Part shown: in pieces, positions 14,580 to 28,932 of the stretch | How positions within the stretch are numbered: the first letter of the stretch is position 1 | How the letters are laid out: each line of letters opens with the position of its first letter | Assembly (NCBI RefSeq): GCF_009914755.1 | Contig: NC_060929.1 | DNA: 64,000 nucleotides | Source of the DNA: the human T2T-CHM13v2.0 reference genome, Homo sapiens | Reading direction: 5' to 3' (one strand) | Made by a program: the position numbers and the translations under genes | Notes under the pieces: generated by a model | Seen by the model: only the letters and a program-made list of their open reading frames with translations | Database searches by the model: none | Told to the model about the DNA's origin: nothing

Positions 14580-14865
14580 GTGTTTTGAGATGAAGTCTTG
14601 CTCTGTCTCCCAGGCTAGAGTGCAGTGGCGTGATCTCGGCTCACTGCAACCTCCGCCTTGGGTTCAAGCAATTCTTCTGCTCCAGCCCCCCGAGTACCTG
14701 GGATTACAAGCACGTGCCACCATGCCCAGCTAATTTTTTGTATTTTTAGTAGAGATGGGGTTTCACCATGCTGGCCAGCCTGGTCTCAAACTCCTGACCT
14801 CCTGTTCCACCTGCCTCAGCCTCCCAAAGTGCTGGGATTACAGGTGTGACCCACCGCGCATGGCC
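14531..14865 (-). mobile_element. AluS-like with (TG)n microsatellite in place of its tail
   Basis: (TG)n at 14531-14583 then antisense Alu body. Flanking cactcttt(g/c)cttctt TSD. Confidence 0.9.
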
Positions 14866-16669
14866 CACTCTTTCCTTCTTAAGAGTTCTAGCTTGTCACC
14901 ACCAGGCTATTGATGGGGCCTTGCTATTTCTAAGAATGCCATTAGGCTGAAAATGAAGGCCATTCTATTTTTTCTCCCAGGAATTCTCATATCTTTACCT
15001 TTTATACCTAAACCCTCTTCCCCTACAGACAAAAGCTGCAGGACTGGGCCTTATGATCTGATCAGAAATCAGATAACATCAGAGATTCAAACTCTCTCCT
15101 TCAGCTTTCAACACTACAGTTCTGCCCTAAGGCTTGAAGTTGTCACCTTTTACCTCTGTCACCAAAGCAAAAAGTCACTGATAGGATTGAAATGAGAGAA
15201 AAGGCATTTGAGCACTATAACTCTTCAGTGGTCATTTTTGTCTCTAGATTTTCAGAAGGGGAAATATAAGGAAACTCCTAAACTAAGTCTAGGAAGCTGG
15301 CTCATTTCTCCATGACTAACTGCAACAGGCCATAGGTTTCTAGTGTTGTGGAGAGCAGGGCAGGGCAGGCAAGGTCAGACTCTCTCGTTGTCAGGGTGAG
15401 GACATGTGCCCTGTCTCACCTTAGGCTGCTCTTCCACAGGTGGGTCAGGAGCGGGATTCTCTGTGCAGACTGCTCAGTAGGGAAAGGGAGAACACATTGG
15501 CCCAGGCGTCTGCACTGTCAGGCCTTGCATTTTTCTCACTGGCTCCAGAATATCTGGAAGAGACAAACATTCTCCCAGTGGGACATTCTGTGAGTAAAAG
15601 GACATACGAAACTGCTTCTTTCTAAAAACTCACTGTATTAGGATGCACTTTAATTTTTCATGCTATGTACCAACCTGGCCAGCTTGAGTGAAGCCTTTGG
15701 GAAAATGTCTTTTATTCATCCTCCCTCCCACCCTCATTTTTTTTCAAATGGAACACATGCAACACATGCCCTGCCATGGGCTTTTTTAAGCAGTTCCCTC
15801 TTGGTCCCTACTGATTTTAGAACTTCCACCCGTCTGTAAACAGTGGATGCTTGGTGGTCACAAACAACTCGCTTTTCCTTTCTCTCTTGTTAAGATGCCC
15901 AAGATAGTTCTCCGTCCCTTTTATCCCACTTTTCCCATTCATTTTTAAGTTGACTCCATAGTAGAAAATGATACAAAGAATGAGGTAAATTGAGGGTGCT
16001 CATCTCTTTGGCTGCATCTGGTGACTATATTAATCTTATACATTTTTTAAGGTCATTGCCTGACAATAGTTTCAGCTTCTGTCTTTGTTCACTCTGAAAT
16101 CCAAACTGGAATGGAATGGAAATGTCATAAAGCTTTACTCATTTCTATGGAGGATTTCATAGAATAGGGCAGAATAAAAATAAGTGAAAATTTCTAATTT
16201 CCACTTTTTAATTTCTTTACTCTCAAAATCCCAGCTCTTCCCTTTCATACTAAATTGGAAGTCTATTCAATCTCTGTCTGGCTGTCTGTCTGTCTTCTCA
16301 ATACCTGTCAAAAAATCCATGGAAAGGCTTTAGCATAATGTCTATAATGTTAGCTATTATTATTATTGTTCTTCTGTGTAATAAGAATTATAATAATAAT
16401 TATTATTACACAATAATTATAATTATTATTATAGCTTTTTGTAGAAATCCTAAGTTGGTTTTATATTAATTCCTACTTCCTGAGGACTTGATTGTGTGTT
16501 TACACTATAAATAGTGAATTGTAATAAGGCAGTTGCATACTTAAGCTGAGTAGACTTGCTTCCATGGCAGGAAGCAGTGAAAAAGAACAGTCCTGAATTC
16601 CTACAGAAATTGGATGAAATATACTTGAGCTTTTAAAGACATTTTATTCTCTATATTTTATTCCTCTAG

Positions 16670-16796
16670 ACTTTGTGGATTTGAACCATTCTATGATGAA
16701 AGAGGCGATCAGTTCATGTTCAGGAGAATTCTGAATTGTGAATATTACTTTATCTCCCCCTGGTGGGATGAAGTATCTCTAAATGCCAAGGACTTG
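16670..16796 (+). CDS. CAMK4: CaM kinase IV coding exon (exon 9, 127 nt)
   Basis: ttcctctag acceptor and gtaagt donor. Encodes LCGFEPFYDERGDQFMFRRILNCEYYFISPWWDEVSLNAKDL, in phase with the previous exon. Confidence 0.97.
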
Positions 16797-17162
16797 GTAA
16801 GTGTAACCAAAACAAAATGAAACAAAATGAAATAAATTTATTTTTAACTAATTAATGGGAAGTACAATTTTTTAAAATTTTACCCATATTAATGCCATAT
16901 TTTCTTTCAATTTTAAAGTATTTTAATAAAATTAGTTCATTAATACATTTTCCTTAGAGAATAAAAACTAGATATGTTTTTGACTCATCACTAGTTGAAT
17001 TATCATAAACTACAATTACTACAGTATTAATGAGCTTTTACTACCTTATAAGTATAAAAACCTTGCTTATGAAGAAAGCTGTGCTGGGTGAATTCAAACA
17101 CAATTTACACAGAATTCTGTTTTAACATGGCTTGCAATTGCCTAGAATTTAGATGTACTTCA

Positions 17163-17588
<426 letters not shown>

Positions 17589-17789
17589 TAATAGTTCATT
17601 TTGTTTGTTTGTTTTTACATTGCTTCTCACTTAAGTTAATATTGACATTTGTTTGCATTCAGGAAATCCATACCTTCTGGGGGGTCACTCACCTCTTATA
17701 AAATAAAGAGGATGCTAACATGAGATTGAAACATTTCTCATCAATCCACTAGAGAACAACCACACAGACATAATCAAAAGCTGACTTTT

Positions 17790-18535
17790 GAATCATAGAA
17801 GGTTAGATATAGAAGAGGTCTTAGGAGGCATCTAGTCCTCCTCTCATTTTAAAGATGAGAATGCTAAAGACCAGAGAGGTGAAATGACTGCTAAGGTCAC
17901 ACAGCTTCCCAGCAGAAAGACATTATTAGGGCTGATCCAGTCGTCCAGACTCCCTTTCCTGTGCTCTTTTTTCTTCAAGCATTTCTTCCTTACCCTCTGT
18001 GTTCCTTCATGGAACAGATTCCCTAAGGCTCATGGCTTTTCCAGCATGAGTGGGAAGAGAAAGTCAGTGTGTGTGATGTGTGATGTATAAATATGTCATT
18101 GCAACTCCTTCCTCAAGTCATACCCCATGCTCCTAAACACCTCTTGAATCCATCCAGTTCTCTCCCCCGGACCACTGCCCCAACCTCCTATCTGACCTCC
18201 CTGCCTCTTCTCATGCCTTTCTCAAATACAGTCTGTACAGGATCCAGAGGGATGGTCTTATAAATAAATCGCATCATGTCCTTGTCCTGCTTTAAGAATC
18301 TTAGGATAAAATCCAAAACCCATAACAAGATCTACATGACGCTGCCTGGTCTGGGGCCTGCCACTCTCTCCTGTGCCATCACTCACTTCACATCTCTCCC
18401 CTTTGATCACTTTTCACTCTAGTGCACCACACTTCTAGTTTCTCATCAGCATAGCTCAGGATATTGCCATGGCTCTTCTGCTCTGTAATGTTCTTTCTTC
18501 CTCCCCACCTTCTTCTCCATTACACATAGGCATGT

Positions 18536-18585
<50 letters not shown>

Positions 18586-19070
18586 CTGGGTAACTCTTAT
18601 TCTCAAGCCCCAGCTGCCACTAGATATCCCTTGGGAGGCATGGTCGGCCTTCCCCTTCAGTCCCTCCCACCTATAGTTGGTTCCTTCTGCCAAAATCTTC
18701 CTTTACCCCCTGCACTCCCCAGTTCATAACAGTCATCACTTATATATTTAATGGTCCTCCTTAATTAGATTTTAAGCTCTGGGGCAGGACAAAGCGTGTG
18801 TACCCAGACCTTAGAACCACATAGGCATATAGGACTGACTCAGTAAATGTTTATTGGATGAAACAATGGATCTGGAAGTACACCATGAAGTTTCAGAGTC
18901 TGACACACCTGGATTTAAGTGCCCCCTTTGTCATGTCCTGGAAGTGTAACCTCAGGCTCATGATCTAACCTTGCTATGCTTTAGTTTTCTCATCTAGGAT
19001 GATAATTGTACCTATCTCTAGGTCGTTGTGAGAATTAAGGAACATAATATATGTTAAGTAACTAATATCA
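17790..19070. mobile_element. Cluster of ancient repeats: MIR (~17790-17960), L2 (~18100-18870) with (CA)n at 18538-18583, MIR (~18880-19070)
   Basis: MIR core aaggtcacacagc, L2 3' end actcagtaaatgtttattggatga, MIR-like ttagttttctcatct...gttgtgagaattaa. Confidence 0.6.
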
Positions 19071-21078
19071 ACTAACTTAATAATAGTACTCTTATTTAGC
19101 CCTCCTTCCATTTCTTTTCACCCTTAATAAATATTAAGTGAATAAGAGGGTTAGCTTTGATGTTCCTTCATTCAGCTAGATCCCTTGTTAGTTTATCACT
19201 GCTTAAAACTTCAGAACTGGAAGAATCCTTGAGCTCCATAAATGTATACTTACTAGCAAAACCCACATCTGTTGTGTCATCGGCAGAGACTAAGTGCTAA
19301 GGAGTTGGGGAATTGGATGTAAGGGGTACTGCAGGGTAATGGCAAGGCTTTGAGTGTGATTATAACCTTCAGAAAGTTTCCTAATAATTCAGTTAGGATT
19401 GTTATCAATATCTTCAAATGTAAAGATTAACAATGGTGTATATAAATTTTTGGTGCACATTGACTTTCAATAAATTCTTTGTATTTTTGTGAGGAAGATA
19501 GTAATGAGGAGGGAGAGGAGAAAAATGATTGGAAAAGAAAAAGAAAATACCTAATTGTCAAAAATGTTGTAAGGATTAGGGCTCATTTACATAAAATTAT
19601 TAGTAGTCCTGTTCAACGGATAATAGCCATGACTACTATCAGATTTTTATTTACTACCATGCCTTCTTTCTCTTAACCATCCTACCTTCCTCCATGTCCT
19701 CTCAGATTTTAAGCCTAAAGAGCCTCATGTCTCTGCCCACTACAAATCTAGCCCAAACACACATTCTTTTGCAGAAAGGAAGTGAAGAGAGAACCAGATA
19801 GTATTTATTCCTCATTTGACTTGCCGCCTGATTTCCTTAGCCTATGTTCACGTCTCCTTAGGTAATTAGAGTTAGAAAAGACCTGAGACCTACAATCATT
19901 CAAAGCTCCTTATTTTGCACATGAGCAGGCCAAGGTACAGGGAGATTGACCACCTTGGAGACATCATGCTGTAGTGGCCACAAGATGCGCTCTGACATAC
20001 ACAGACCTGAGTCTAAATACAGGCTCCATCAATTCCAAATTGTCTGACCTGAGGCAAGTCACTAAATCTTTCTGAGCTACCCTGCTTCCCTCATTTATGA
20101 ATTGGCACTAGTAGTTCCAAATGATAAGGCTGCTAAAAGATTACATGAGTTTTTAAAAAGTTATATATGCATCTAAGAAGCAATTACAAAGGAATTAAAG
20201 TGGAAATAAGATTCTGTAAGGAAAGAGCCTGAGGGGGTGTCCACAGGCAATTTATATATTTGTCTATATCTAGGGTCACAAAAGTGGCGAGTGGCATAAC
20301 CAGGGCTTGAACACACTTCCTGACTCCCAATAGTCTCTGCCTCATATCAGGTCACCCCTACTAAGCCCAGGACTGTGGATTATTTTATTTGCTGACCTTC
20401 CTGGGAATTTATTGACTGCCCATCCTCACAAGCAGGGGTAAACCTCCAAGAATGGGCTGCCATTGATTGGATTCCATTCTTTAGGCAAATCATGCCCTCA
20501 AGCCACTGACTTCTTGGATTATAAAATGATTTTTAAACTCTGGGCTTAGTCCTTCAAGTACCCTCAAGGGGTTAGAAAGAACTATAAACCCCAAGATAGA
20601 AACATAAGGTAGTATTCCATAAGTTCTGGGATACTCTCCCTTTTGTTTGCCATTTAATCCCCACAGAAAGAATGATGATGCATGAATGATTCCATTCTGT
20701 TACCATAGAGATGTACTTTAAGTTCTGAATTCTAGGTGATTGTGAAGCGCAGCCCAGAATTATTTTGCTGGTTCTGCCTTCAAAGAACTTCCAGTCCACA
20801 GGCAAGTGAGGAGCTGTTTCTTGACTTCTGTTGGAAAGCCGTCTGCCACTTTGGGGGTCTCAGGTGGTACATGGCCCTGTCTTCTCATACTCCCTCAGCT
20901 ACTGCTACCTGAAGCTGTGCCTACCTACAGTGGCCCCTGAGGACTTAAACAATTTTTTTCTCACATATATTTAGTGGTACTGCTGGGAAATGGAATAAGA
21001 TCTGGAAGTTTGTAAGCTGAGGGCAAGCCCAGGTCATCCTAAAAACCTCGCTAAGTTTATGGTTCTTTATTATTTCAG

Positions 21079-21231
21079 GTCAGAAAATTAATTGTTTTGG
21101 ATCCAAAGAAACGGCTGACTACATTTCAAGCTCTCCAGCATCCGTGGGTCACAGGTAAAGCAGCCAATTTTGTACACATGGATACCGCTCAAAAGAAGCT
21201 CCAAGAATTCAATGCCCGGCGTAAGCTTAAG
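21079..21231 (+). CDS. CAMK4: CaM kinase IV coding exon (exon 10, 153 nt), end of kinase domain and autoinhibitory segment
   Basis: tatttcag acceptor and gtaaga donor. Encodes VRKLIVLDPKKRLTTFQALQHPWVTGKAANFVHMDTAQKKLQEFNARRKLK. Confidence 0.97.
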
Positions 21232-22319
21232 GTAAGATAGCATATATTTTGTTTTGTTTTGTTTTGTTTTCAAAAAATTTATCTCATCTTGATCTATCAA
21301 TAATAGTTCTACCGTTCTTCATCTAATACTATTATCTATTTCTTAAGGCACCAGGGAAAATCCTGCTTTGAAACTCCAATAAGGCTGACACAAAGCTACT
21401 TAAGTTTTCTTATACTCTCATAAGGAATATATGATTAATAAAGGGAAATTTGTTATATAAGTTGATATTTACATATCAAATATATTATTGCTGCTTCTCA
21501 TCTAATTAAAGTATACTGCTTAAACAGCATTGTTCAGGGAAAACTGATATTTATTCAGAAAGTTGTTTTCTTTCAGAATATGTAAAACTTGGTAAACAAT
21601 TTTTGAAACTATATTTACTAATATAGATAAATAATTACTTGACAAAAATTTAAAAATTTAAGTGATATAATAAATTACTTAACTAAATATATCATTTTAT
21701 ATAGTACCTATCGAATAGAGATTAGGAGCTTTTCTATTACATAACTGTGTTTAGGACTAGCTATGTAAGTAGAGGATCTCAGAGAGCAGCTGGGGGTCAG
21801 AATTAGGGTCCTATGCAGCCATTGCTTACGGTCTGATACAGACTAAATAAATCTGAAAGGCTCCATGGTCAAATTAATTATAAATACCCCAAATTAAATA
21901 GTATTGACTTCACCTAGGATTTCTCCAGCTAGTTTGATCACGGAACTCTTATATCCCCATGATGACATCCATGTGGTAAAAACTACTAACGTCCACAGAA
22001 CTAGTGTTCCGTAAAACAAATACACCGGGAAACACAGATTAAAATTTTCAAAAATTGGTTAGCCACAGGTAAACACATGTATTCAGGCTTTCAGTTGTCC
22101 AGATGATTAAATACACTAATTTGTATTTAATTTGAGATGAAAGAGGTTTTACTGTTCATTCTCCAAATTTTCTTTTGGCAAACAATCTAGGAATAAGGTA
22201 CTTTGAAAACTTTAACACTAACCTATAAAACGGAATCCCTAAAAGCAAAGCTGGGGTTGAGCTCTGATGTGGGGTGTTAAAGCAGAGGTAACACTTGACA
22301 CTCTTCTGTTTCCAATCAG

Positions 22320-22760
22320 GCAGCGGTGAAGGCTGTGGTGGCCTCTTCCCGCCTGGGAAGTGCCAGCAGCAGCCATGGCAGCATCCAGGAGAGCCACAAG
22401 GCTAGCCGAGACCCTTCTCCAATCCAAGATGGCAACGAGGACATGAAAGCTATTCCAGAAGGAGAGAAAATTCAAGGCGATGGGGCCCAAGCCGCAGTTA
22501 AGGGGGCACAGGCTGAGCTGATGAAGGTGCAAGCCTTAGAGAAAGTTAAAGGTGCAGATATAAATGCTGAAGAGGCCCCCAAAATGGTGCCCAAGGCAGT
22601 GGAGGATGGGATAAAGGTGGCTGACCTGGAACTAGAGGAGGGCCTAGCAGAGGAGAAGCTGAAGACTGTGGAGGAGGCAGCAGCTCCCAGAGAAGGGCAA
22701 GGAAGCTCTGCTGTGGGTTTTGAAGTTCCACAGCAAGATGTGATCCTGCCAGAGTACTAA
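22320..22760 (+). CDS. CAMK4: CaM kinase IV last coding exon (441 nt incl. TAA), end of CaM-binding helix and acidic tail
   Basis: ttccaatcag acceptor. Encodes AAVKAVVASSRLGSASSSHG...QQDVILPEY*, matching ORF 22326..22760. Confidence 0.97.
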   Translation, partial: AAVKAVVASSRLGSASSSHGSIQESHKASRDPSPIQDGNEDMKAIPEGEKIQGDGAQAAVKGAQAELMKVQALEKVKGADINAEEAPKMVPKAVEDGIKVADLELEEGLAEEKLKTVEEAAAPREGQGSSAVGFEVPQQDVILPEY

Positions 22761-24792
22761 ACAGCTTCCTTCAGATCTGGAAGCCAAACACCGGCATTTT
22801 ATGTACTTTGTCCTTCAGCAAGAAAGGTGTGGAAGCATGATATGTACTATAGTGATTCTGTTTTTGAGGTGCAAAAAACATACATATATACCAGTTGGTA
22901 ATTCTAACTTCAATGCATGTGACTGCTTTATGAAAATAATAGTGTCTTCTATGGCATGTAATGGATACCTAATACCGATGAGTTAAATCTTGCAAGTTAA
23001 CACAACGTAACACTTAAAAGCATACATTTTCAGCAACCAGTGGCACATATTTGAAGTGAATAGTAGCAAATTGTTTTTGCTTTGAAAATCTAGCCATCCT
23101 ACATCCTTTGGATTTCTTCACAAGGCAGTAATTCCTTTGAACTACTGCTTAGCTAATACTAGGTAGTGCTAAAAGACATGTTCCCATAACTTTTACAACA
23201 TTTTACTTTTTATCATTGATGTGTTCAAACTGTTTACAAGGAGATGCTTATAGATGATAGTTGTACATATGTGCAAAAAAAAATCCACTTGCAATGGTAA
23301 GAAATTGAAGTATCCTTAAAGGCCATGAAGCCATATGTCCCTAAAGCCTGTGTGGAGAATGCTTTATTTTATTCTTATTTATATACACTATATTAATAAT
23401 AACCAAAATGTTCTAAGATTCTGCCATTTTACAACCCTGGAGGAAGTAATTTACAAACTCACGCTGAGTTCCATTCTTTCCTTCACCTGCTCTCCAATAA
23501 GATGACTTTCTGATAGACAAAGCTTAGGGTGTAATAAACAGGGAAGAAAAGAAGGTAAGACTGTACTTAAACTGATGAAGATAAGATTGATTCCTTTTCA
23601 TTTTCCAGATAAAATTGTATTTACTCATGAATTTATACAACTTTACAGATAAGAACATTTTAATGGATAAACTCTATAATTACCAAGTTGCAAATATTTA
23701 GAAAATTCTATTTCACAGGTTAGTGCCAAAATGTCTTCATAGAGTAGGAATAATATTCCATTTTAAGATTATTCATTATTGACTTTAATAGAGTAAGAAA
23801 ACATTATTGTTTATCAAAGCTCTTTTTTTATCCAATTGATGGTTATCTACACATATCACTTATAAACTAAAGTTATTTATGAAAAGCTAGTATGTCTTTT
23901 TCTCGTATTTGGAATGAAAGTACCCACATTTTACAATGTAGTGTTGAGAATGTGGCTGCCAATAAATTTAGCACAATGCAATTTATTTACCTTAAAAAAC
24001 AAACAAAAACAAAAATAAAGAAAAATACTGATTTCAAATCAGACTCTTAAAAAGCTGGAACATTAGACCTGATATTTTATTATGATTTTTCCCAGAATAA
24101 GTTTAATTTCTCTTTGACTTTCATAGAAACACTTTCCCCTTATAGAAATTGCACTATCTCCAATTTATTTCTAGTTTGAGTTGAAATGAATATTTTATCA
24201 GATTAATTATGTGTCACATTTTTGGTGGGTTTTCTCAATTTTAAAAAAGAATTCATTTTAAAAAATAATTATTTTCAGAGACCAAATAAAGACAATAAAA
24301 ATGACTATCACATAAAAATCCTTGTTAAAAAAGAGATCTTAAATTATGTTGGCTCTCCCTCAAAACTATTAAATTAGAAAACGAAACTAAAGCTCCAGTT
24401 TGTAGAGGCTGTTGGACCTCAGTAGACATTCTTCTTTTCAATCACAAATCTCTCTCTACTACTGTTCTCATGGGAAGAAAACAAGGTAGGACTTCTTATC
24501 TTTCATAGTTTAAGAATCTGACAGGTCACTGATATGGAGCCCCTGAAGAAGCACATCATCTGGGCTCAGAAGATTATTTTTTGTTTTGTTTTATTTGTAC
24601 TATCTAGTAGAGAGCACTTTTCTTATTCCCTCTTTCCTTCCTTCCTCATTTAATTATTCCCTCTCAGAATTCCCATGTTGTCCATTATAAGGGGCTCGCT
24701 ATTTTTAACCTTTAAGAATGTCTTCTTTGTTAAGCATTAAGATTTCCATTTAAGAGGATCAATTTCCTGTTGTACTTTTTACCATGAGACTG

Positions 24793-24794
<2 letters not shown>

Positions 24795-24842
<48 letters not shown>
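24795..24842 (+). repeat. (CA)n microsatellite in the CAMK4 3'UTR
   Basis: About 24 AC units. Confidence 0.9.
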
Positions 24843-24845
<3 letters not shown>

Positions 24846-25774
24846 TTGGAAGAGCAAAGAGAGGGAAGGGGGTCTTTTTAGAAAGTGGCACTTGGCGCTT
24901 AGCTGAAAGATCAGAACACATCATTCCTCCCTGCCCACCCCCATATTGTTCCAAGGGCAGTTGTTACATTATTTCAACACTAGAGTAGGGCGGACTGCAT
25001 TGTTTGGCCCTGAGAACTATAGAAACAACGTTGCAAATACCATGCCCAATGTGTATTTTAGAATTTACTCATTTAAATGAGTGCATATTACCATTCCTCC
25101 ATGTGAGTACTCGAGTTGATAATTCCCTCTATCTTTTTAAACCCATAAACTACATTTTTAAAAAAATCAATGGGAGTTTTAAATTTTGACTCATGTTAAA
25201 GATAAGATTCTGATAATGACTATATAGTGACTAATTTCATTGTTTCAGTAGGAAACAAATCAAACTTTCAAAAATGTTGGTCATTTCAGTCAAATTATTC
25301 AAAGATTTCATATACATACATCCTAAGTTAGGATAATTATGTTAACATTTTTGAAAGAACAGCCAATGTTTATATTGCTTGTTAAAATGGAATGTATTGT
25401 CTATCTCAAAGATTACTTAGCTAAATAATAGTAGACAAATGGAGATTTAATTTCACAAAATACTTCATAACATCACTCCTAATTGGCAATATAGTCACAA
25501 AGCAAAAGAATTCAAATTTCAGCAAACAATAAATTACATTTTACATTTTAGAGCTAACACTTATCACATTACATTATGGGTTTTTATTTTGAGATAAGTT
25601 CAGCTACATAGCATAAACTAGGTTTTTTTTTATAACCATGAAGGACAGTCTTGAATTATTTCCCCCATTAACAAAGTCTAATTGGAATCCAGTATTTTTT
25701 CTCAAACTGTAATTTCACTTGTCCCAGGACACATAAATAGGTAAAAATTAGAATAATATCGTGGTAGAAGTTAA

Positions 25775-26057
25775 TTGTCCAGAACAAGTGCATTATATAA
25801 ATATAATGCAAGCACATGTCATTTAAGATTTTCTATTAGTCACATTTTAAGAAAAATAGATGAAAGTATAGTATTTTTAATCCAATTCATCCAAATTATT
25901 CTATCGATATATAGTCAATATTAAAATTTAATGTGATATTTTGAATTCTTTATTTTTATACTGTTTTCAAAATCAAGAGTGTATGTTAGGCCTTTGGGAC
26001 ATCAAGTGCTCAATAGTCACATGTGGCTAGTGGCTACCATATTAGACAGCACTAGTC
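25775..26057. mobile_element. hAT-Charlie MITE (MER3/MER33-like)
   Basis: caagtgctcaatagtcacatgtggctagtggctaccatattagacagcac terminal motif. Confidence 0.7.
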
Positions 26058-28626
26058 TAGAGTACTTTTTATTTTAAGCAAAGTGACACTTGAAGTTCTA
26101 TGCTTAGATTTAAGTGGCCTCAGTTTTCACATTGAGGAGCTGGTGGGAGGCCACAAAGAAAGTGTTTCAGAAATGTTACACACTGAGTAAAAGCTTATTG
26201 ACCACTCCTGCCCATTCATTTACTTCAGAGGAGAAATGATTCCTAACATGACTTCAAAGAACGGGCATTACTAAATTATCTACTGACCAATCCCTCTGAT
26301 TCCTGATGGGCCCTGGAGTCTTGACTACAGCCTAGAGTCTCCTGAGTACTGCCATGATGCCAATAGCATTCTTGCTTACCAAAATCTACTCTCAGCCAAC
26401 TATGTGTCTTCATTCAGGAAGAACTGCACATAGAATCTGATTTTGAGGCCTGGATTAAGCTTCATGCCATCCTTGTATCACAGGCAATATGTCTTTCTGG
26501 AAATCTAATGAACCATACCAAATCTGCATGATGAAGATTGTGTAATGATGGTGATATCATGCCAGTTATCCTCAAAGTGGGAATATGACCATTAGCTGGC
26601 ATTTTTTAAGATTTCCTTAGAAGGGTTTAATCAACACTGCCATTACACATGGATTTAACAAAAGACTTTTGAAAATTTTTTACATACTGATTTTAGAATA
26701 ATCCTCAAGGTTCTATAGTCATTTTTAGTGGAAGACTTAAAAAGAAAGGAACAATTTTTACTGTGACTTCAATTTCATAGTATTTTAAACATATTTTGTA
26801 ATTCAGAATGTTTAGCAATCCCTATGTCCTGTTTCACATGCATGGTAACTGATGGTGGGTTGCCTACAGGCTGAAGATTTGGAGAGAGCCATTTTGTTTC
26901 ATAAATCAGTTTTTATTGCACAGAAGCAGCTGGTTGTATTTCAAGTTGGAAAAAGAAAAGTAAATGCCAGAAAAGGCAAAGGATAAACTTAGTAAGCCAT
27001 TTATTTTGTTTTAGAATTGTTTTTGCAAAGCAAATTTTTTTAAAAAAAGGTCAACAAAGTGAATCAGCACTAGCATTTTCTTGATGGTTGACTCAATGTA
27101 TAATTAACAAATATACATAGCAGAGTCAATTAATCATAGTGCCATTATGTCACTTATTTGTCATTGCAAAGTATTCAGTCATGTTGTCTAGATTTACTTT
27201 AGATGGTGCAAAATTTCCAGATAGTAACCTATGTAAAAGGATTTGTAATTTCCTTGTAATTCCTGCCTATTAGTCCATATTCTGATTTCCTTATGTTCAT
27301 CACTGATATGTTCCTGATCAGGGTCATTGCTAGTAGTTGAGCATTTACTGGTTGAACATTGTTTAATGGTTAGATGTTATGTGTGTCTGCATTTAAAAAA
27401 ATTGTGTACATGTTATTTCACTATTGGTATTACAATATTCATAACCACATGATAAACAGAAATGTACCCAATAATTTCCTATAAAATTTTTCAAAGTCCT
27501 TTTATTCCCCTGACACACTCAGGGTGAATTTTTGTCTCCTTGGCAAATAAGAAAAAAAAGGAGAGAGACCACTGGAGAGATATCAGCAAACCACCCACAG
27601 TAACCAAGTTCAGTATTTCCTCTTTCTATATTTTGACCAATATATTAAGAGCAAATTTTGTCATTATTACTCCTTGTGGCTATTACCTGAGATCAGATAA
27701 TATAATCTCAGCTCATAAAGCTTGGCCATGTCTATACTTATCTTGGAGAGCAATAACAAACTTGATTAATTTGTTTGGTTATTTAAAATTCCAACTTTCA
27801 TAAATGCTCTGTGATGTACTCAAGACGATTGGGTTGTGTGATACTAACTTCCTTCAAGAACTCAGTCTGTTCCCTGTTGTCTGGTTCAGAGGTCCACCAG
27901 GGCAAAATAGAAGCCTTGCCGAGAAAGTGAACTGTCTTACTCCTTCAAAGGAATCAGATGTTGCTCTAGAGAAGACTCCAGGCATCTACCTGGTTGAGCT
28001 CAAATGAGGCAAGTGGGAGAAAACCTCTTCTCATCCTCTGATTGAAAGTGATACAATTTGAATATTGGTATATTGTCATTGGTCAGTAATGGAAAAATGA
28101 GATTCCACCAGTGGGTTACTCTTTTCTTGTCTTGGTTTGCTATGCCTTATCCCAGATCAGTGTTTTGTTCCATCCCTATGGTCATCTCTAAAGCCCTGAC
28201 AGGAGCATCCCAGACTGGAGAAATGCAGCGTATCTGTGGCCCAGAATTTTGTTTGATACTCTAAACAGCAATGCAAAGACTGCAAAATCACACTATTCTA
28301 AACAGTTGTTTTCAGCTCATTTTGAAGATTGACCTGGAAAACATATAGATACAGAATATATACATTTAATCGTTGCTTGTGATTCATTGTGTCAAAATAA
28401 CATTTAATTTTCACTCTGATTAATCTTTATTTTCCATTTAAAAGATTATTTCAGGCTACTTAAATACAAGACCTTGCATTCTAATTTTTGAAAGCGGTTG
28501 TTTTCCCTGAGCTCTCTCTCAACTTTGACAGTTTGTGAATGATAAAAAGTTACTAGGTTTGTCCTTTCCTTGATAGATGTAGAGCAGTTCATCTGTTTTG
28601 TAAAGGTACAGTTAAGCATAACTATA

Positions 28627-28932
<306 letters not shown>

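Noticed and set aside
22239-22731. Minus-strand ORFs over the CAMK4 last exon
   Set aside because: Shadow frames of a real GC-rich coding exon, with no independent support.
27804-28007. 67-aa ATG ORF in the CAMK4 3'UTR
   Set aside because: No recognisable domain. Splicing from exon 10 to the nearby ttcag acceptor would stop after 6 codons. The length is within chance expectation.
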